A stretch of 64,000 nucleotides of DNA from an uncultured candidate division WWE3 bacterium (GCA_963765125.1 CAVXUZ010000004.1:64792-128791), one strand, 5' to 3'. Counted from the first letter of the stretch, positions 20,016 through 30,703 are shown. The notes: generated by a model not told the origin, from the sequence alone. Translations and numbers: made by a program.

Positions 20016-23000
20016 ATGAGAACAATTATGCATAGTAGCGCCAATACTTCAAGTTTGAATAGTCCGCTTTATAATATAAAGGCCAACATATTTAGCCGTA
20101 TTTCAAAAAGTGCAAAAATATTATTCTCTGTTCTCGGTACAATTTTTCTAGTTATTATTCTAACAATTGTTTTGAATGGAAAATCAAAAATTGAAACTGT
20201 ACTAGAAACCGCCCAGATAAAAACCAAAGAGGTTTATAAACTTACAGAAAAATTGGAATTTACTGTTGAATTTAATACAGCTCCTCAAAAAATTGTGTCA
20301 TCAAAACTGCAACCAGCTTACGCAGAAGAGACTAATCAGTATAGTGACGGGTTTGTTCAACTGCGAGCGGAGTTACGTAACAACAAAAATACTGTAGTGC
20401 CAGTTCCTTTTGAAATTAAAAAGCTTGAAGATAACAAGTACCAAATAACCGGAGATGCCCAGGAAATGTACCTTGATCCGGGGAAATATAATCTCAATGT
20501 TGAGATGAAAAGCGGTGGCTATACATATGTTCATGAAAAAGATTTTTCTTGGGGTGTGTTGGCCTTAAACACAAATAAATCCGACTATCTAATAAATGAA
20601 ACCGCAAAGTTTCAGATTGCTGTACTTGATGATATAGGTGATATGGTTTGTGACGCGCTAGTTAGTCTAGAAGTCACTAGTCCGTCAAAAAAGACATCAA
20701 CACTTAGCACAGACGACGGCACAATAACGGTAAATGATGGGTGCAGTAAAAAAGAGTTTATTTGGGAACCAGACTACGAGGCATATTACAAAGTTAACGA
20801 AGAAGTAGGAGACTACGATGTTAGGCTCACCGCGGTCACTAAAAGTGGAGTAAAAACCATAAGTGATAAATTCACTGTAAAAAACAGTAGCGCGTTTGAT
20901 ACTGAGAGAATATCTGTAACAAGGATATATCCACGTGAAAAGTATCCTGTAATTTTTAAGATTAATGCAAATGAAAACTATCAAGGAGAGGTTACCGAGA
21001 TTGTACAAAAAGATTTTAAAATTTTTGAACTATCACAATCTGACGCTGAATACTTTACTAGTGATACAAATATTGAATATTATATTTCGGCGCTAAAAGT
21101 TGATGCCCCTAAAGAATCAAATGAAAACAACCAGTATAAAAATATTAAATGGAACGTAAACTTTGAAAAAGGAAGGTCATATTATTTTGGATATTGGTAT
21201 GACGCTCCGGATAAAAGTCCTAATTTATTTACGTCAGGACCACTTAGTCTTGGTGATGATGTAGCAGAGTCGAGGCGTTGGCAAATAGCTGTCGACTGGG
21301 TTATCTCAATCCCTCACGTTTCGGTATTTACGGACACAGCAGATACGGGCGCGAACACAACAATTAATGTTTTTGAGAATGTTGACAATACTACAATTTC
21401 ACACGCAACGATGGCAACAGCAGGTTTTGACGATACAGACGACGTATTAATTATTATGGATGTTGTAATGGATGGTAACAACGCAAACTCACTTTATAGT
21501 GTACAAGCTGCGACAACAGGCGGTACAGCAGTTTACAGATCCGCCGAGAGAAAGGAACCAAACGCAACTGCGAACAGAGCCCATCACTATAGATGGATTG
21601 GGAGAACAACAAAAACTTCTAGCCAAGGGTTTGTTGTTCAAAAAGCTTATCATACCTTTGGGCAAACCTCCCCCTATGTCTATAAAGCAAGTATGGTTAT
21701 TCTAAGTCTGGGGAGTCTTACTGAGGGAGTGGACTTTGTTTATGCAGAAAACACAACCGATACGGGTGTTCCTGCAAATGCAAGCCCGGGTTCTTTTAGT
21801 ACTGCAACCACACCGGAAAATTCAAGCATTTGGAATGGCAACGTACTTGTACTGCACTCATTTGGCGCGCAAGCAGATGTTGCAGCAGGTGATGAATTAT
21901 ATTCTAGATTATATATAGATGGATCTACCGCGGTAAATATAACTAGCATTGAGTCTGAAGATACTACCGAAGAGCTGGGCGGTGGCGGAATTTACGTTAA
22001 CACTCAAAATGATACAAACGCACACACATACGCGCAACAACTTTACAATAGCGATGGCTCAACTAATTCATATGATCATATTTTTAGCTCTGTTACCGTG
22101 TTTCCGGCAAATCTTTTTGAAGATTTTGAGTATTACAATAATGACGCGGAACTTGATTTGGCAGGAACAACATACGAAGAAATTGGTGGTGTCACACCGT
22201 TTAGCCCACGAAGCACAGGAGATTTCTTAGTTATGGGACATGCGGTAGGCACTGGTGCAGGAGCAACCAACGGTGAAAATACAAGAATAAGAGTGCAAGT
22301 CGGTGGAACAAACGTACCTTCTGGATATGATGACACCGCGGATGGTGGCTATTTTGAAATAACCTCTGATGATTATAATTTTAATGTTGCTTCAATTGAA
22401 AGCTTCAACACCTCCTCGAAAGATGTGGATATGGACGGCGCGTCAAGTGTAAATACGGTAGATTTCTATTATCGTACGCTTGTTGCATTTTCTTTTGGTT
22501 TAAATACTATAGACATTTCTGGAACAGCGTACACCGACGATGACGAGGCTACACCTTTAGCGAGTTGCTCAGTGTGTGTTGCGGTTGACGCCACGTACAG
22601 CCCATCTAATTGTGCAACTACCGATGGAAGTGGTAATTTCACCATTGTTGGAGTTGCGGCCACCGCAGGCGGAGAACAATTAACACTCTTTGTTGATGGT
22701 TCATCCGTAAGAGGAAATATTGTTATGAAAGGAGACGGCGCTGATGTTTCGGGAATCAAACTGTATCAAAATCACGTTGTAGTAAGGTATGAAACTGGCA
22801 CCTCATTAGCAATAACAGATATGGATGCTTATGACAGCGACCAAAACGCAGTAGCTATTCTATTTGATGCCGAAGACGCCACAACAGACACACTTGAATG
22901 GGTAAGGGGTGTTGAGCTATTTGTTCCTAGTGGCTTTACATTCGCTCCCGGCGGAAACTGCGATGGTGCCAAAATAGAGATTGACGGTACCTGGACTTCG

Positions 23001-25052
23001 GCAACCGCACAAACTATAAATCTTGCGGGTAATTTTAAACTAGATACAGGAGGAACTTGGACGTCATCAACTTCTACACTTACCTTTGACAGCGCATCTG
23101 GAGTAAGTGACATTATTACTACCGGTACAGGGGGTCCATATAATCTAACAATAAATGATAATGGCGGTTCTTTAACCGTCGAGGTTGAAGATAGCTTGGT
23201 TGTGAAAAACAATTTAACAATTACAGGCGGGGTACTTGATGTAAACGCCACTGATACAACAACGGTTTACACTACATTTGCTCTAGATGGTACATCCTCA
23301 TTTTTAGTTCCTACAGGAATCACCAGCATTACTGCGAAAGCTTGGGGCGGAGGTGGCGGAGGTGGTGGCGGAGGCAGCTCGAGTTCAGGAGGAAGTGGCG
23401 GTGGAGGTGGGTTTGCACAAGCAACTCTGACTGTTACACCCGGTGAAACACTTTCTATTCATGTCGGAGGTGGTGGTGGTTTAGGTATCTTTGGTGGTAG
23501 CTACTCTGGTTATGGAGGAGGCGGAAGTGGAGAATCCTACATAAGAAGGGCAGGAACACTTCTTCTAGCTGCCGCAGGTGGGGGTGGGGGTGGGGGTGGC
23601 GACAACTCTTCAACAACCGCAGGTGGTGACGGTGGACCTGGAGGTGGAACTTTGGGCACTGACGGATCAGCCTCTGGTACTTCTAACGGGGGTGGAGGGG
23701 GTACACAAGCCACCGGAGGATCCGGAGGAACCGGTGGTGGAAATGCGGGAGCAGACGGGTCTTTAGGAACAGGGGGTTTAGGAGCTAACGGTGGTGCAGA
23801 CTCCTCTGCCGGCGACGGCGGAGCTGCAAACGGCGGAACTACAAACGGCGGTGCTGGCGGTATCTACAGCGCAAGTGGGTACGCAGGCGGAGGTGGAGGT
23901 GGATCTGGATACTACGGTGGAGGCGGTGGTTCAGGCTCAACAGCATCAAACGCAGGAGGAGGTGGAGGTGGAGGTGGCTCTTCTTATACTACCGGCTCTG
24001 GCACTGTAAACACAGCCGGCTCTGGTACATCAGCTGGAAATAATTCTGATGGCGATTACAACGGTTCAGCGGGTATCGCGGGTACGGGGGGTGCAACAAA
24101 CTCTAACGGTACTGATGGAAACGATGGCTATATTATTATTTCCTATACAACAGGCGGGTCGATTACCTCACAAAATAATCAAATAAACGTTGGTAACAAT
24201 TGGGATAATGATGACAGTTTTGAATCAAGAGCAGGTACAGTTATTATGGATGGCTCCGGAGCTACAACTTATACCATGGATGCTGATGGTCCGGGGTCAG
24301 ACACATTTTATAATCTAACCCTAAACGACAGTGGAGGTAACTCAACTTACCAACTAACAACCGTGCTTGATGTAAACAACGATCTAACAATTACAGGAGG
24401 CACTCTGCAAGCAAATGGTAATGATATCTATGTTGGTGGTGATTGGATAAACAATGATATTTTCTCAGAAGGAACAAACACCGTGTATCTTGACATTGGG
24501 CAAAACGCATCCCTAGATACTGGCTGTGCTGATGCTAACACATGTACGAATCAAAATTTCTATAACCTGGTAATTGATAAAGGCTTAGGGGGAGACATTG
24601 TTACACTTACTGACGAGCTTAGAGTAACAAACACATTTACGATTACCTCCGGAGAGTTCGTTCAAACAACAGGTGATGTAAGACTAGAGGGAGCAACAAC
24701 TTCGTTGCTTCTGTCTGACTACGGAAGATACACAAACAATTCAACAGGGGATCTAACTTTGGGGGGAGGAGTAATTAATGATTACGGAGAAATTACATTA
24801 AATTCAAATGGTTCCGGGTGCGGAGATGCTAAAGATATTATTATAGCGTCTACAGCTACAGCTCAGAGGGCATGGTCCGGTGAGGGCGCAAACAGAATCA
24901 TCGACGTATCAGTTTCTTACCAATCCGGCTCAGCAACAATCAAGGCTGCAAGTTCTACTGATGGCGGAAACAACGACACAAACTGGCTTTTTATTGATTG
25001 TGGAATATTTGATTTTGAAGGGTTAAACATTGAGGGAACAAACATTAACTAA
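20016..25052 (+). CDS. giant membrane-anchored beta-helix surface protein (paralog B) with a poly-Gly insertion
   Basis: 1678 aa with an N-terminal TM (ILFSVLGTIFLVIILTIVL). Collinear with 5468-9793, for example YVHEKDFSWGVLALNTNKSDYL versus FVHEQDFEWGVLAINTNKSVYL, and both C-termini read ...IDCGIF..EG.NI.G.NIN. Carries a 260-aa G/S/A-rich insert. Confidence 0.7.
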   Translation: MRTIMHSSANTSSLNSPLYNIKANIFSRISKSAKILFSVLGTIFLVIILTIVLNGKSKIETVLETAQIKTKEVYKLTEKLEFTVEFNTAPQKIVSSKLQPAYAEETNQYSDGFVQLRAELRNNKNTVVPVPFEIKKLEDNKYQITGDAQEMYLDPGKYNLNVEMKSGGYTYVHEKDFSWGVLALNTNKSDYLINETAKFQIAVLDDIGDMVCDALVSLEVTSPSKKTSTLSTDDGTITVNDGCSKKEFIWEPDYEAYYKVNEEVGDYDVRLTAVTKSGVKTISDKFTVKNSSAFDTERISVTRIYPREKYPVIFKINANENYQGEVTEIVQKDFKIFELSQSDAEYFTSDTNIEYYISALKVDAPKESNENNQYKNIKWNVNFEKGRSYYFGYWYDAPDKSPNLFTSGPLSLGDDVAESRRWQIAVDWVISIPHVSVFTDTADTGANTTINVFENVDNTTISHATMATAGFDDTDDVLIIMDVVMDGNNANSLYSVQAATTGGTAVYRSAERKEPNATANRAHHYRWIGRTTKTSSQGFVVQKAYHTFGQTSPYVYKASMVILSLGSLTEGVDFVYAENTTDTGVPANASPGSFSTATTPENSSIWNGNVLVLHSFGAQADVAAGDELYSRLYIDGSTAVNITSIESEDTTEELGGGGIYVNTQNDTNAHTYAQQLYNSDGSTNSYDHIFSSVTVFPANLFEDFEYYNNDAELDLAGTTYEEIGGVTPFSPRSTGDFLVMGHAVGTGAGATNGENTRIRVQVGGTNVPSGYDDTADGGYFEITSDDYNFNVASIESFNTSSKDVDMDGASSVNTVDFYYRTLVAFSFGLNTIDISGTAYTDDDEATPLASCSVCVAVDATYSPSNCATTDGSGNFTIVGVAATAGGEQLTLFVDGSSVRGNIVMKGDGADVSGIKLYQNHVVVRYETGTSLAITDMDAYDSDQNAVAILFDAEDATTDTLEWVRGVELFVPSGFTFAPGGNCDGAKIEIDGTWTSATAQTINLAGNFKLDTGGTWTSSTSTLTFDSASGVSDIITTGTGGPYNLTINDNGGSLTVEVEDSLVVKNNLTITGGVLDVNATDTTTVYTTFALDGTSSFLVPTGITSITAKAWGGGGGGGGGGSSSSGGSGGGGGFAQATLTVTPGETLSIHVGGGGGLGIFGGSYSGYGGGGSGESYIRRAGTLLLAAAGGGGGGGGDNSSTTAGGDGGPGGGTLGTDGSASGTSNGGGGGTQATGGSGGTGGGNAGADGSLGTGGLGANGGADSSAGDGGAANGGTTNGGAGGIYSASGYAGGGGGGSGYYGGGGGSGSTASNAGGGGGGGGSSYTTGSGTVNTAGSGTSAGNNSDGDYNGSAGIAGTGGATNSNGTDGNDGYIIISYTTGGSITSQNNQINVGNNWDNDDSFESRAGTVIMDGSGATTYTMDADGPGSDTFYNLTLNDSGGNSTYQLTTVLDVNNDLTITGGTLQANGNDIYVGGDWINNDIFSEGTNTVYLDIGQNASLDTGCADANTCTNQNFYNLVIDKGLGGDIVTLTDELRVTNTFTITSGEFVQTTGDVRLEGATTSLLLSDYGRYTNNSTGDLTLGGGVINDYGEITLNSNGSGCGDAKDIIIASTATAQRAWSGEGANRIIDVSVSYQSGSATIKAASSTDGGNNDTNWLFIDCGIFDFEGLNIEGTNIN
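23344..24120 (+). repeat. Gly/Ser-rich low-complexity coding repeat (ggtggNggNgg iterations)
   Basis: Protein runs GGGGGGGGGSSSSGGSGGGGG...GGGGGGGGDNSS. Absent from the paralog at the equivalent position. Confidence 0.7.
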
Positions 25053-26211
25053 CAAATTATTTACAGTTGGTTTGGTGATTATATTTGCTGTTGCAGTAAT
25101 CCTTCGCCTAACAGTGTTTACTGAAGTCGGCGGTGACCACGTAACATACAAACAAGCTGTTCTTGAGTTTACATCTGGGATTAATCCTTATAAAAATACT
25201 GTTACGTCTTTTAAAGTCAGCCAGTTAGAACACGGCTACGCATACTTTCCAACACTTTTATACATTCTGACTTTTATGTGGGAGCTTAACGTAATATTTT
25301 CTCTAGACGTTGCAACTGCAATTTTATGGAAAATTCCAGTGCTAGTTGCTGATTTTACGATTGCACTTTTATTATTTAATTATTTCAAAGATAAAAATAA
25401 ACTTGTTGCTTTGTTCTCTGTCGCTTATTGGTTATTTAACCCTTACTTCTTATCAAGATTTGAATTTACAATGTACGATCAATTTCAGGTATTGTTTCTA
25501 TTTTTAGCGTTAAATTATTTAGGAAAAAAAGATTTTCTCTCAGGAACTATGTATGCATTGGCTCTTTCTATAAAAATAATTCCTGTGATAGTTTTTCCAG
25601 TATTTTTAATATTTTCAAAAAATAGATTAAAAACCATAGGTGCTTTATTTTTAACTTTTTTGGTGATTAGCATTCCTTTTTTGCTTACGTTCGATGGTGC
25701 GTACAATTATATTTTTGGTACGCTACTTGTGCATGGCGAACGTGGAGTTCAAGGTAGACCTTTTTTCACTTTCTTAACCTATTATTTACAATCTTGGGAA
25801 ATCAATTTACTTCAAAGCAAGTTCGCACACCTATATACCGTGCTGTCGTTGATATCTGGGCCTATTTTTATAGTTTATCTAGCGTTAAAAAGAAAACTAG
25901 AAAATCCCTACACATTAACCGCAGTGGCATTTGCCTTCTATCTCCTGCTGACGCCCATACTAAGCAGAACACACATTCTCTGGGCGTTACCATTTTTTCT
26001 AATCGCTATATACCACCACTTCAAAGGAAAGTTATTTTATATCTTTGCAATAATTTTATATATGCTGCTTTTTATATATCTATTTTTATGGCAAAAGGGT
26101 TTTAAAGCTCCGACTGAAAACAATAACCGAGTCTGGATAGACGGCGAGCAATCAATAGAATATAAACTCCCGCTTATAGAAAAACTAAAATTTAAAATAC
26201 GTGGCTACTAA
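25030..26211 (+). CDS. polytopic membrane protein, GT-C-like glycosyltransferase (DUF2029/GT87-like)
   Basis: About 10 TM helices. The N-terminal loop GGDHVTYKQAVLEFTSGINPYK resembles the D-x-Y...NPY loop of DUF2029-type mannosyl/arabinosyltransferases. Confidence 0.45.
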   Translation: MREQTLTNKLFTVGLVIIFAVAVILRLTVFTEVGGDHVTYKQAVLEFTSGINPYKNTVTSFKVSQLEHGYAYFPTLLYILTFMWELNVIFSLDVATAILWKIPVLVADFTIALLLFNYFKDKNKLVALFSVAYWLFNPYFLSRFEFTMYDQFQVLFLFLALNYLGKKDFLSGTMYALALSIKIIPVIVFPVFLIFSKNRLKTIGALFLTFLVISIPFLLTFDGAYNYIFGTLLVHGERGVQGRPFFTFLTYYLQSWEINLLQSKFAHLYTVLSLISGPIFIVYLALKRKLENPYTLTAVAFAFYLLLTPILSRTHILWALPFFLIAIYHHFKGKLFYIFAIILYMLLFIYLFLWQKGFKAPTENNNRVWIDGEQSIEYKLPLIEKLKFKIRGY

Positions 26212-26214
26212 TTA

Positions 26215-26712
26215 TTAAAAAGTACCCTCGATGATGTGAGTTTCAGGTGTTTCGTCAACAATCGATTCGAGAGTTATCACAACCTGGTTATACCCCTCAC
26301 TGCTTTCATCTGACATGTACATAAGAGTGTACTCACCTTCTACGGTTTGTTCCATTACTCCTGTTGAGAAAAATTCAAGTTCTGGCTGTTGTTTTACGAG
26401 CCATCCCTCATACGAATGACTTTCCAAAGGTTCTGGCAACATGGCACGCACAAAATGGTATAACTTTCCATTAAGTCTTAGGACGTACGCCATACCGGTA
26501 GAACCGTCGCCAACTACAGAGTGAAGCGCTGTTTTTAAAGTAGCGGGGTTGTTCATAATTTCCTCTGGGCTAATGCCAACTGATGCAACGTCAACCTCCA
26601 TCGGCACTGTGGGTGTTAAATCAGGCTCTACTGTCTTATTTTTAGTTGTCATAACAACAAATACAGCAAGGACAATAATCAATGGTATTACTAGATAGAT
26701 TGGTTTTTTCAT
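26215..26712 (-). CDS. membrane-anchored hypothetical protein
   Basis: N-terminal TM (IYLVIPLIIVLAVFVVM) with an extracytoplasmic domain. Confidence 0.4.
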   Translation of the reverse strand: MKKPIYLVIPLIIVLAVFVVMTTKNKTVEPDLTPTVPMEVDVASVGISPEEIMNNPATLKTALHSVVGDGSTGMAYVLRLNGKLYHFVRAMLPEPLESHSYEGWLVKQQPELEFFSTGVMEQTVEGEYTLMYMSDESSEGYNQVVITLESIVDETPETHIIEGTF

Positions 26713-27398
26713 ACGCTAATTTTATCAAAAAGAAGCTCTTTATTCTGCCCGCAATAGATGTAAAATCTCAAATAGTGAGCAAGAAATACCAAAAAATTAT
26801 CAACCATTTTAAAAAGTGTGACCGTGAAATTGAAAAGTTTATGTCTGAAGAACTTTTTAACAGATATCTTCCGCCTGAAAAACATAAAACCGATGAGCAA
26901 TATTATTTTGATCAGCTTTGTAGAACGATTGCAGGACAACAACTTTCCGGTAAAGCCGCCGATACTATTTATGCAAGATTTGTAAATCTGCTTGGGCGTA
27001 TGAAAATTAATCCTACAAATATTCTAAAACTAGCTGATCAAGACATTCGTAATGTGGGTTTTTCTTGGGCAAAGGTGAGTTACATCAAAGACCTCGCGAC
27101 TAAAACGAAAACGAAAGTGCTTCATCTTGAAAAACTCACAAGTATGAACGACGACGATATTAAAAATGAACTTGTATCGGTTAAAGGGCTTGGTCCGTGG
27201 AGTGCAGAAATGTTTTTGATTTTTACATTAAGAAGAGAGAATATATTTTCGTTTGGTGATCTGGGTTTACTAAACGGAATAAAAAAAGTTTATCACCTTA
27301 CCAACCCGTCACAAAAACAAATTGAAAAAATTATAGCTAAATGGGAACCATACAAAACGTACGGTGCGATTGCCTTATGGAAAAGCCTAGAAAAATAG
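26682..27398 (+). CDS. HhH-GPD base-excision DNA glycosylase (AlkA/3-methyladenine glycosylase II-like)
   Basis: IAGQQLSGKAADTIYARF, the VKGLGPWSAEMFLIF helix-hairpin-helix, and catalytic Asp in FGDLGL. The true start is possibly at 26841 (MSEELF). Confidence 0.7.
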   Translation: MVLLDRLVFSYANFIKKKLFILPAIDVKSQIVSKKYQKIINHFKKCDREIEKFMSEELFNRYLPPEKHKTDEQYYFDQLCRTIAGQQLSGKAADTIYARFVNLLGRMKINPTNILKLADQDIRNVGFSWAKVSYIKDLATKTKTKVLHLEKLTSMNDDDIKNELVSVKGLGPWSAEMFLIFTLRRENIFSFGDLGLLNGIKKVYHLTNPSQKQIEKIIAKWEPYKTYGAIALWKSLEK

Positions 27399-27442
27399 CA
27401 ATATTTCAACATTTTCTTTAAGCGTTATATAATCAAGAAGCA

Positions 27443-28015
27443 ATGATTTTAAGGTTTGTACCGCTGTTTAGCGATTTAAAGAAAGCGATTGTAGTCATAT
27501 CGTTTTTTATCGTAGCCCTTAGCTTATATCTTACGTATACACGCTGGGGCATTGTCGCAATATATGCTTTTTCTTTTGTCTACGCAGTAGGAATGCTTGT
27601 TTTTTTCTTTTTACTGACAAAAAGATACTATATTAAGCTAGACTCTGTGGATAACAAATTAATTATAAAGCGCCCATTTAGAAAAGTTTCCATTCCTATT
27701 GAAGAAGTCTCTCTTATAAATATGTATGAGGCGCCGAAATCATATATTCTCTTAATTGAAACCACCAACAAAAAGAAAGAATTTAACCTATCTGGTTCGT
27801 TAAGTTTTGAAGAACCGCCTTTCGCACCGTTTTTAAGAAAAATGCACGAATTAAAACCAACTGTCGGGTTTGGTGATTTTTGTATAAATATTTTGCACGG
27901 AAACACTGAATTTAAACCATGGTCGTCTAAAATGTATATGACTTACTGGTCCTATATAGGTGTAATGATTGTTTACTATTTACTTATGATGCTCTTTGTA
28001 AATATTCTGGCTTGA
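27443..28015 (+). CDS. integral membrane hypothetical protein
   Basis: Multiple hydrophobic helices and no motif. Confidence 0.4.
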   Translation: MILRFVPLFSDLKKAIVVISFFIVALSLYLTYTRWGIVAIYAFSFVYAVGMLVFFFLLTKRYYIKLDSVDNKLIIKRPFRKVSIPIEEVSLINMYEAPKSYILLIETTNKKKEFNLSGSLSFEEPPFAPFLRKMHELKPTVGFGDFCINILHGNTEFKPWSSKMYMTYWSYIGVMIVYYLLMMLFVNILA

Positions 28016-28187
28016 GTGGACAAAAGTATTCCTTTAACTTATGATATTTGTATTGGTTGCGTGATCAAGCAAACCTTAGTGCTTCCGGGTGCTGGAAAGA
28101 CAAATAACCTTCTTGCTCCCCGCGCTTTGATATGCTTTTTAACTCAGCCTAAATAACCCCGCTGGGGAGCGGGAAAAGAGAGAAGTG

Positions 28188-28250
28188 CGCGGTCAGATTT
28201 GGATAAACAATCTTTTTGATTGCCAACTGACCGCTTACTTTTTTCTGTTA
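28188..28250 (+). terminator. terminator-like hairpin with T-run (part of a GC-rich structured intergenic element)
   Basis: GCGGTCAG...CTGACCGC stem followed by TTACTTTTTTCTG. Preceded by a perfect CCCGCT-GGGG-AGCGGG hairpin at 28157-28172. Confidence 0.3.
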
Positions 28251-28260
28251 GAATTGACAT

Positions 28261-28791
28261 ATGGTTTTAACTATATATTTTGTTAGACACGGACATTACA
28301 GAATTCCACCACATAATCCAAACAATATTTCTTTGGTTGAACCACACTCACTTACAATAATGGGTGTTGAGTCAATCGTAGACTTAGCAAAAAAGTTAAA
28401 AAAGCAAAAAGATAAAATTTGGACTATTTATACCAGCCCTGTTAAACGAACTTTAGAGACCGCACAAATTCTTTCAAAAATACTTTCAAAAGACATTGCG
28501 GTTAGAGATGGGCTACAAGAACAGCACTCAGCTGAAAATACAATTGAACATTATCAAAGTATTTATCAACAGTTTGAAGACGTAGTTTATGAAGCGTTAT
28601 TGCGTGATGACGACGTAACAAATGTAATTGTCTCCCACGAGCTACCAATCAGTTTATTTTTATCAATTAAGTCTGGTGTGAGCTTCGAAGAAATCGTTGC
28701 AGATTATTCACATCTAGAGCTTCTAAATATGGGAGACTGCATTAAAGCTGAGTTTAATGGCAAAGAGCTTCTTAAATATCAGAGAATTTAA
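28261..28791 (+). CDS. histidine phosphatase family protein (phosphoglycerate mutase/SixA-like)
   Basis: N-terminal FVRHGH (RHG catalytic motif) and a second His in the VSHE segment. Confidence 0.55.
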   Translation: MVLTIYFVRHGHYRIPPHNPNNISLVEPHSLTIMGVESIVDLAKKLKKQKDKIWTIYTSPVKRTLETAQILSKILSKDIAVRDGLQEQHSAENTIEHYQSIYQQFEDVVYEALLRDDDVTNVIVSHELPISLFLSIKSGVSFEEIVADYSHLELLNMGDCIKAEFNGKELLKYQRI

Positions 28792-28809
28792 ACCTGATAT
28801 ACTAAAACA

Positions 28810-29748
28810 ATGAAAACAGCATTAATCACTGGCGGAGCGGGTTTTTTAGGTAGTCATCTATGCGATCTATTAATAGAAAAAGGCTACATTGTCTACTGCA
28901 TTGATAATCTTTTCACAGGTAGTAAAAATAATATAAAACATTTGGTTGAGAATAAGAATTTTCACTTTATTAACCACGATATTATCGAACCACTATTTCT
29001 GGATTACGTAATGATTGACGAAATATATAATCTCGCATGTCCAGCATCTCCGATACATTACCAACACAATGCAGTAAAAACAATTAAGGCTAACACAATT
29101 GGTGTAATAAATATGTTAGGTTTGGCTAAAAAACACAAAGCAAGAATTTTGCAGGCTTCAACTTCTGAAGTTTACGGCGATCCTCTTGAGCACCCACAAT
29201 CTGAATCTTACCGTGGAAACGTAAATACAATCGGACCGAGAGCTTGCTACGACGAAGGTAAACGCGTTGCAGAAACATTATTTTTTGACTACCACAGAAT
29301 GCACGGAATAGACATCAGGGTAATCAGAATATTTAATACTTACGGACCCAGAATGGCAAAAAATGACGGACGAGTTGTTTCTAATTTCATATTGCAAGCT
29401 TTAAACAATGAGGATATTACAATTTACGGCGATGGTTCGCAATCAAGATCATTCTGTTACGTAAGCGATGAAATCGATGGAATTTATAAATTGATGCAAA
29501 AAGACGGTGTCACGGGCCCTGTTAACATAGGAAATCCTGATGAATACACAATAAAAGAACTTGCTGAAAAAATTATCAAACTTACAGGCTCAAAATCAAA
29601 GATTATTTATCAAGATTTACCAGTCGATGATCCAAGACAAAGAAGACCAAACATCTCGCTAGCACAAAAAGAATTAAAGTGGGAACCATCTATAAATGTA
29701 GATGAGGGACTTAAAAAAACTGTGGAATTCTTTAAAGCTAATTTTTAA
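28810..29748 (+). CDS. UDP-glucuronate decarboxylase (UDP-xylose synthase)
   Basis: [11 protein letters not shown] Rossmann motif, YxxxK, and [15 protein letters not shown], which is characteristic of UXS/ArnA-decarboxylase-type SDRs. Confidence 0.85.
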   Translation: MKTALITGGAGFLGSHLCDLLIEKGYIVYCIDNLFTGSKNNIKHLVENKNFHFINHDIIEPLFLDYVMIDEIYNLACPASPIHYQHNAVKTIKANTIGVINMLGLAKKHKARILQASTSEVYGDPLEHPQSESYRGNVNTIGPRACYDEGKRVAETLFFDYHRMHGIDIRVIRIFNTYGPRMAKNDGRVVSNFILQALNNEDITIYGDGSQSRSFCYVSDEIDGIYKLMQKDGVTGPVNIGNPDEYTIKELAEKIIKLTGSKSKIIYQDLPVDDPRQRRPNISLAQKELKWEPSINVDEGLKKTVEFFKANF

Positions 29749-30703
29749 CTTCGCGAATTACAAAAGTATCACGACCGCTTGCTTCAAAATAAACGCGCAT
29801 CATAAGTTCGCCAAGCATACCAATCATCATTGACTGCACACCGAGAATTAGCATAAGAATAGAAACCATAAAAAGTGGTCGGCTACCAATACTCTCACCC
29901 ATTAATTTAAGAACAAGCATATAAAAAGTACCGAGACCGCCAAATCCTGCAATTATCGCGCCTGTTGCTCCAAATAGCCTTCCTGGCATTGTGTAAAAAG
30001 GTTTCTTTGCAAAATAAAGCATAAATGCAAGCGTGGTGAGATCTAAAAGAACTTTTATAGTACGCTTTTGTTTATTATATGAAGAAACACCAAATTCTCG
30101 GTCTTTAAACTCAACGGGAAATTCTTTCATTTTGGCTCCGTAAAGGCTTACATAGTCGGGAATAAACCTATGCATTTCTCCGTAAAGCCTCATGTTATCG
30201 ATAATCACGCGTCTAAATCCTTTTAAACCGGACCCTCGGTCATTTGAAGTAACACCGCTGATTTTACCTATAATCCTATTTGCCAAACCACTCTTTACCG
30301 CACGATCCCGACCCCAGCGGTTCTTTCTATCTGTATTTACAAAATCGTAACCCTCATCTAAATACTCGATTACTTTATTTATATTATAAAGAGGAATTTC
30401 TAAATCAGCAGCTATAGTAATTACATAATCTCCTTTTGACACCTTAAAACCAGCCATATAGCCTTGCGACATTCCATAGTTAGTCATCATATTCACACCA
30501 ATAATGATTTTATTTTTTGCTGCGTATTTTTCAATTACATTCCAAGTGCTGTCTTTGCTTCCATCGTTTACGGCAATTATTTCAAAATCGTAATGGTGAT
30601 TTTTTGCTAAATCAAGTAACCCGTCTAAAGTTCGATTAATATTTTTTTCTTCGTTGTAACATGGAATTACAATTGAAACTAATTTCTTTTTATAGATTTT
30701 CAC
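29738..30703 (-). CDS. GT2 polyprenyl-phosphate glycosyltransferase (DPM1/ArnC/GtrB-like)
   Basis: [11 protein letters not shown], a DGSKD (DxD-type) motif, a GT-A fold, and two C-terminal TM helices typical of lipid-phosphate sugar transferases. Confidence 0.8.
   Translation of the reverse strand: MKIYKKKLVSIVIPCYNEEKNINRTLDGLLDLAKNHHYDFEIIAVNDGSKDSTWNVIEKYAAKNKIIIGVNMMTNYGMSQGYMAGFKVSKGDYVITIAADLEIPLYNINKVIEYLDEGYDFVNTDRKNRWGRDRAVKSGLANRIIGKISGVTSNDRGSGLKGFRRVIIDNMRLYGEMHRFIPDYVSLYGAKMKEFPVEFKDREFGVSSYNKQKRTIKVLLDLTTLAFMLYFAKKPFYTMPGRLFGATGAIIAGFGGLGTFYMLVLKLMGESIGSRPLFMVSILMLILGVQSMMIGMLGELMMRVYFEASGRDTFVIREVKN

Noticed and set aside
28075-28140. SRP RNA in the GC-rich intergenic element
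   Set aside because: The conserved domain IV motifs (GGAA tetraloop context, AGGAAGCAGC) are absent on both strands.
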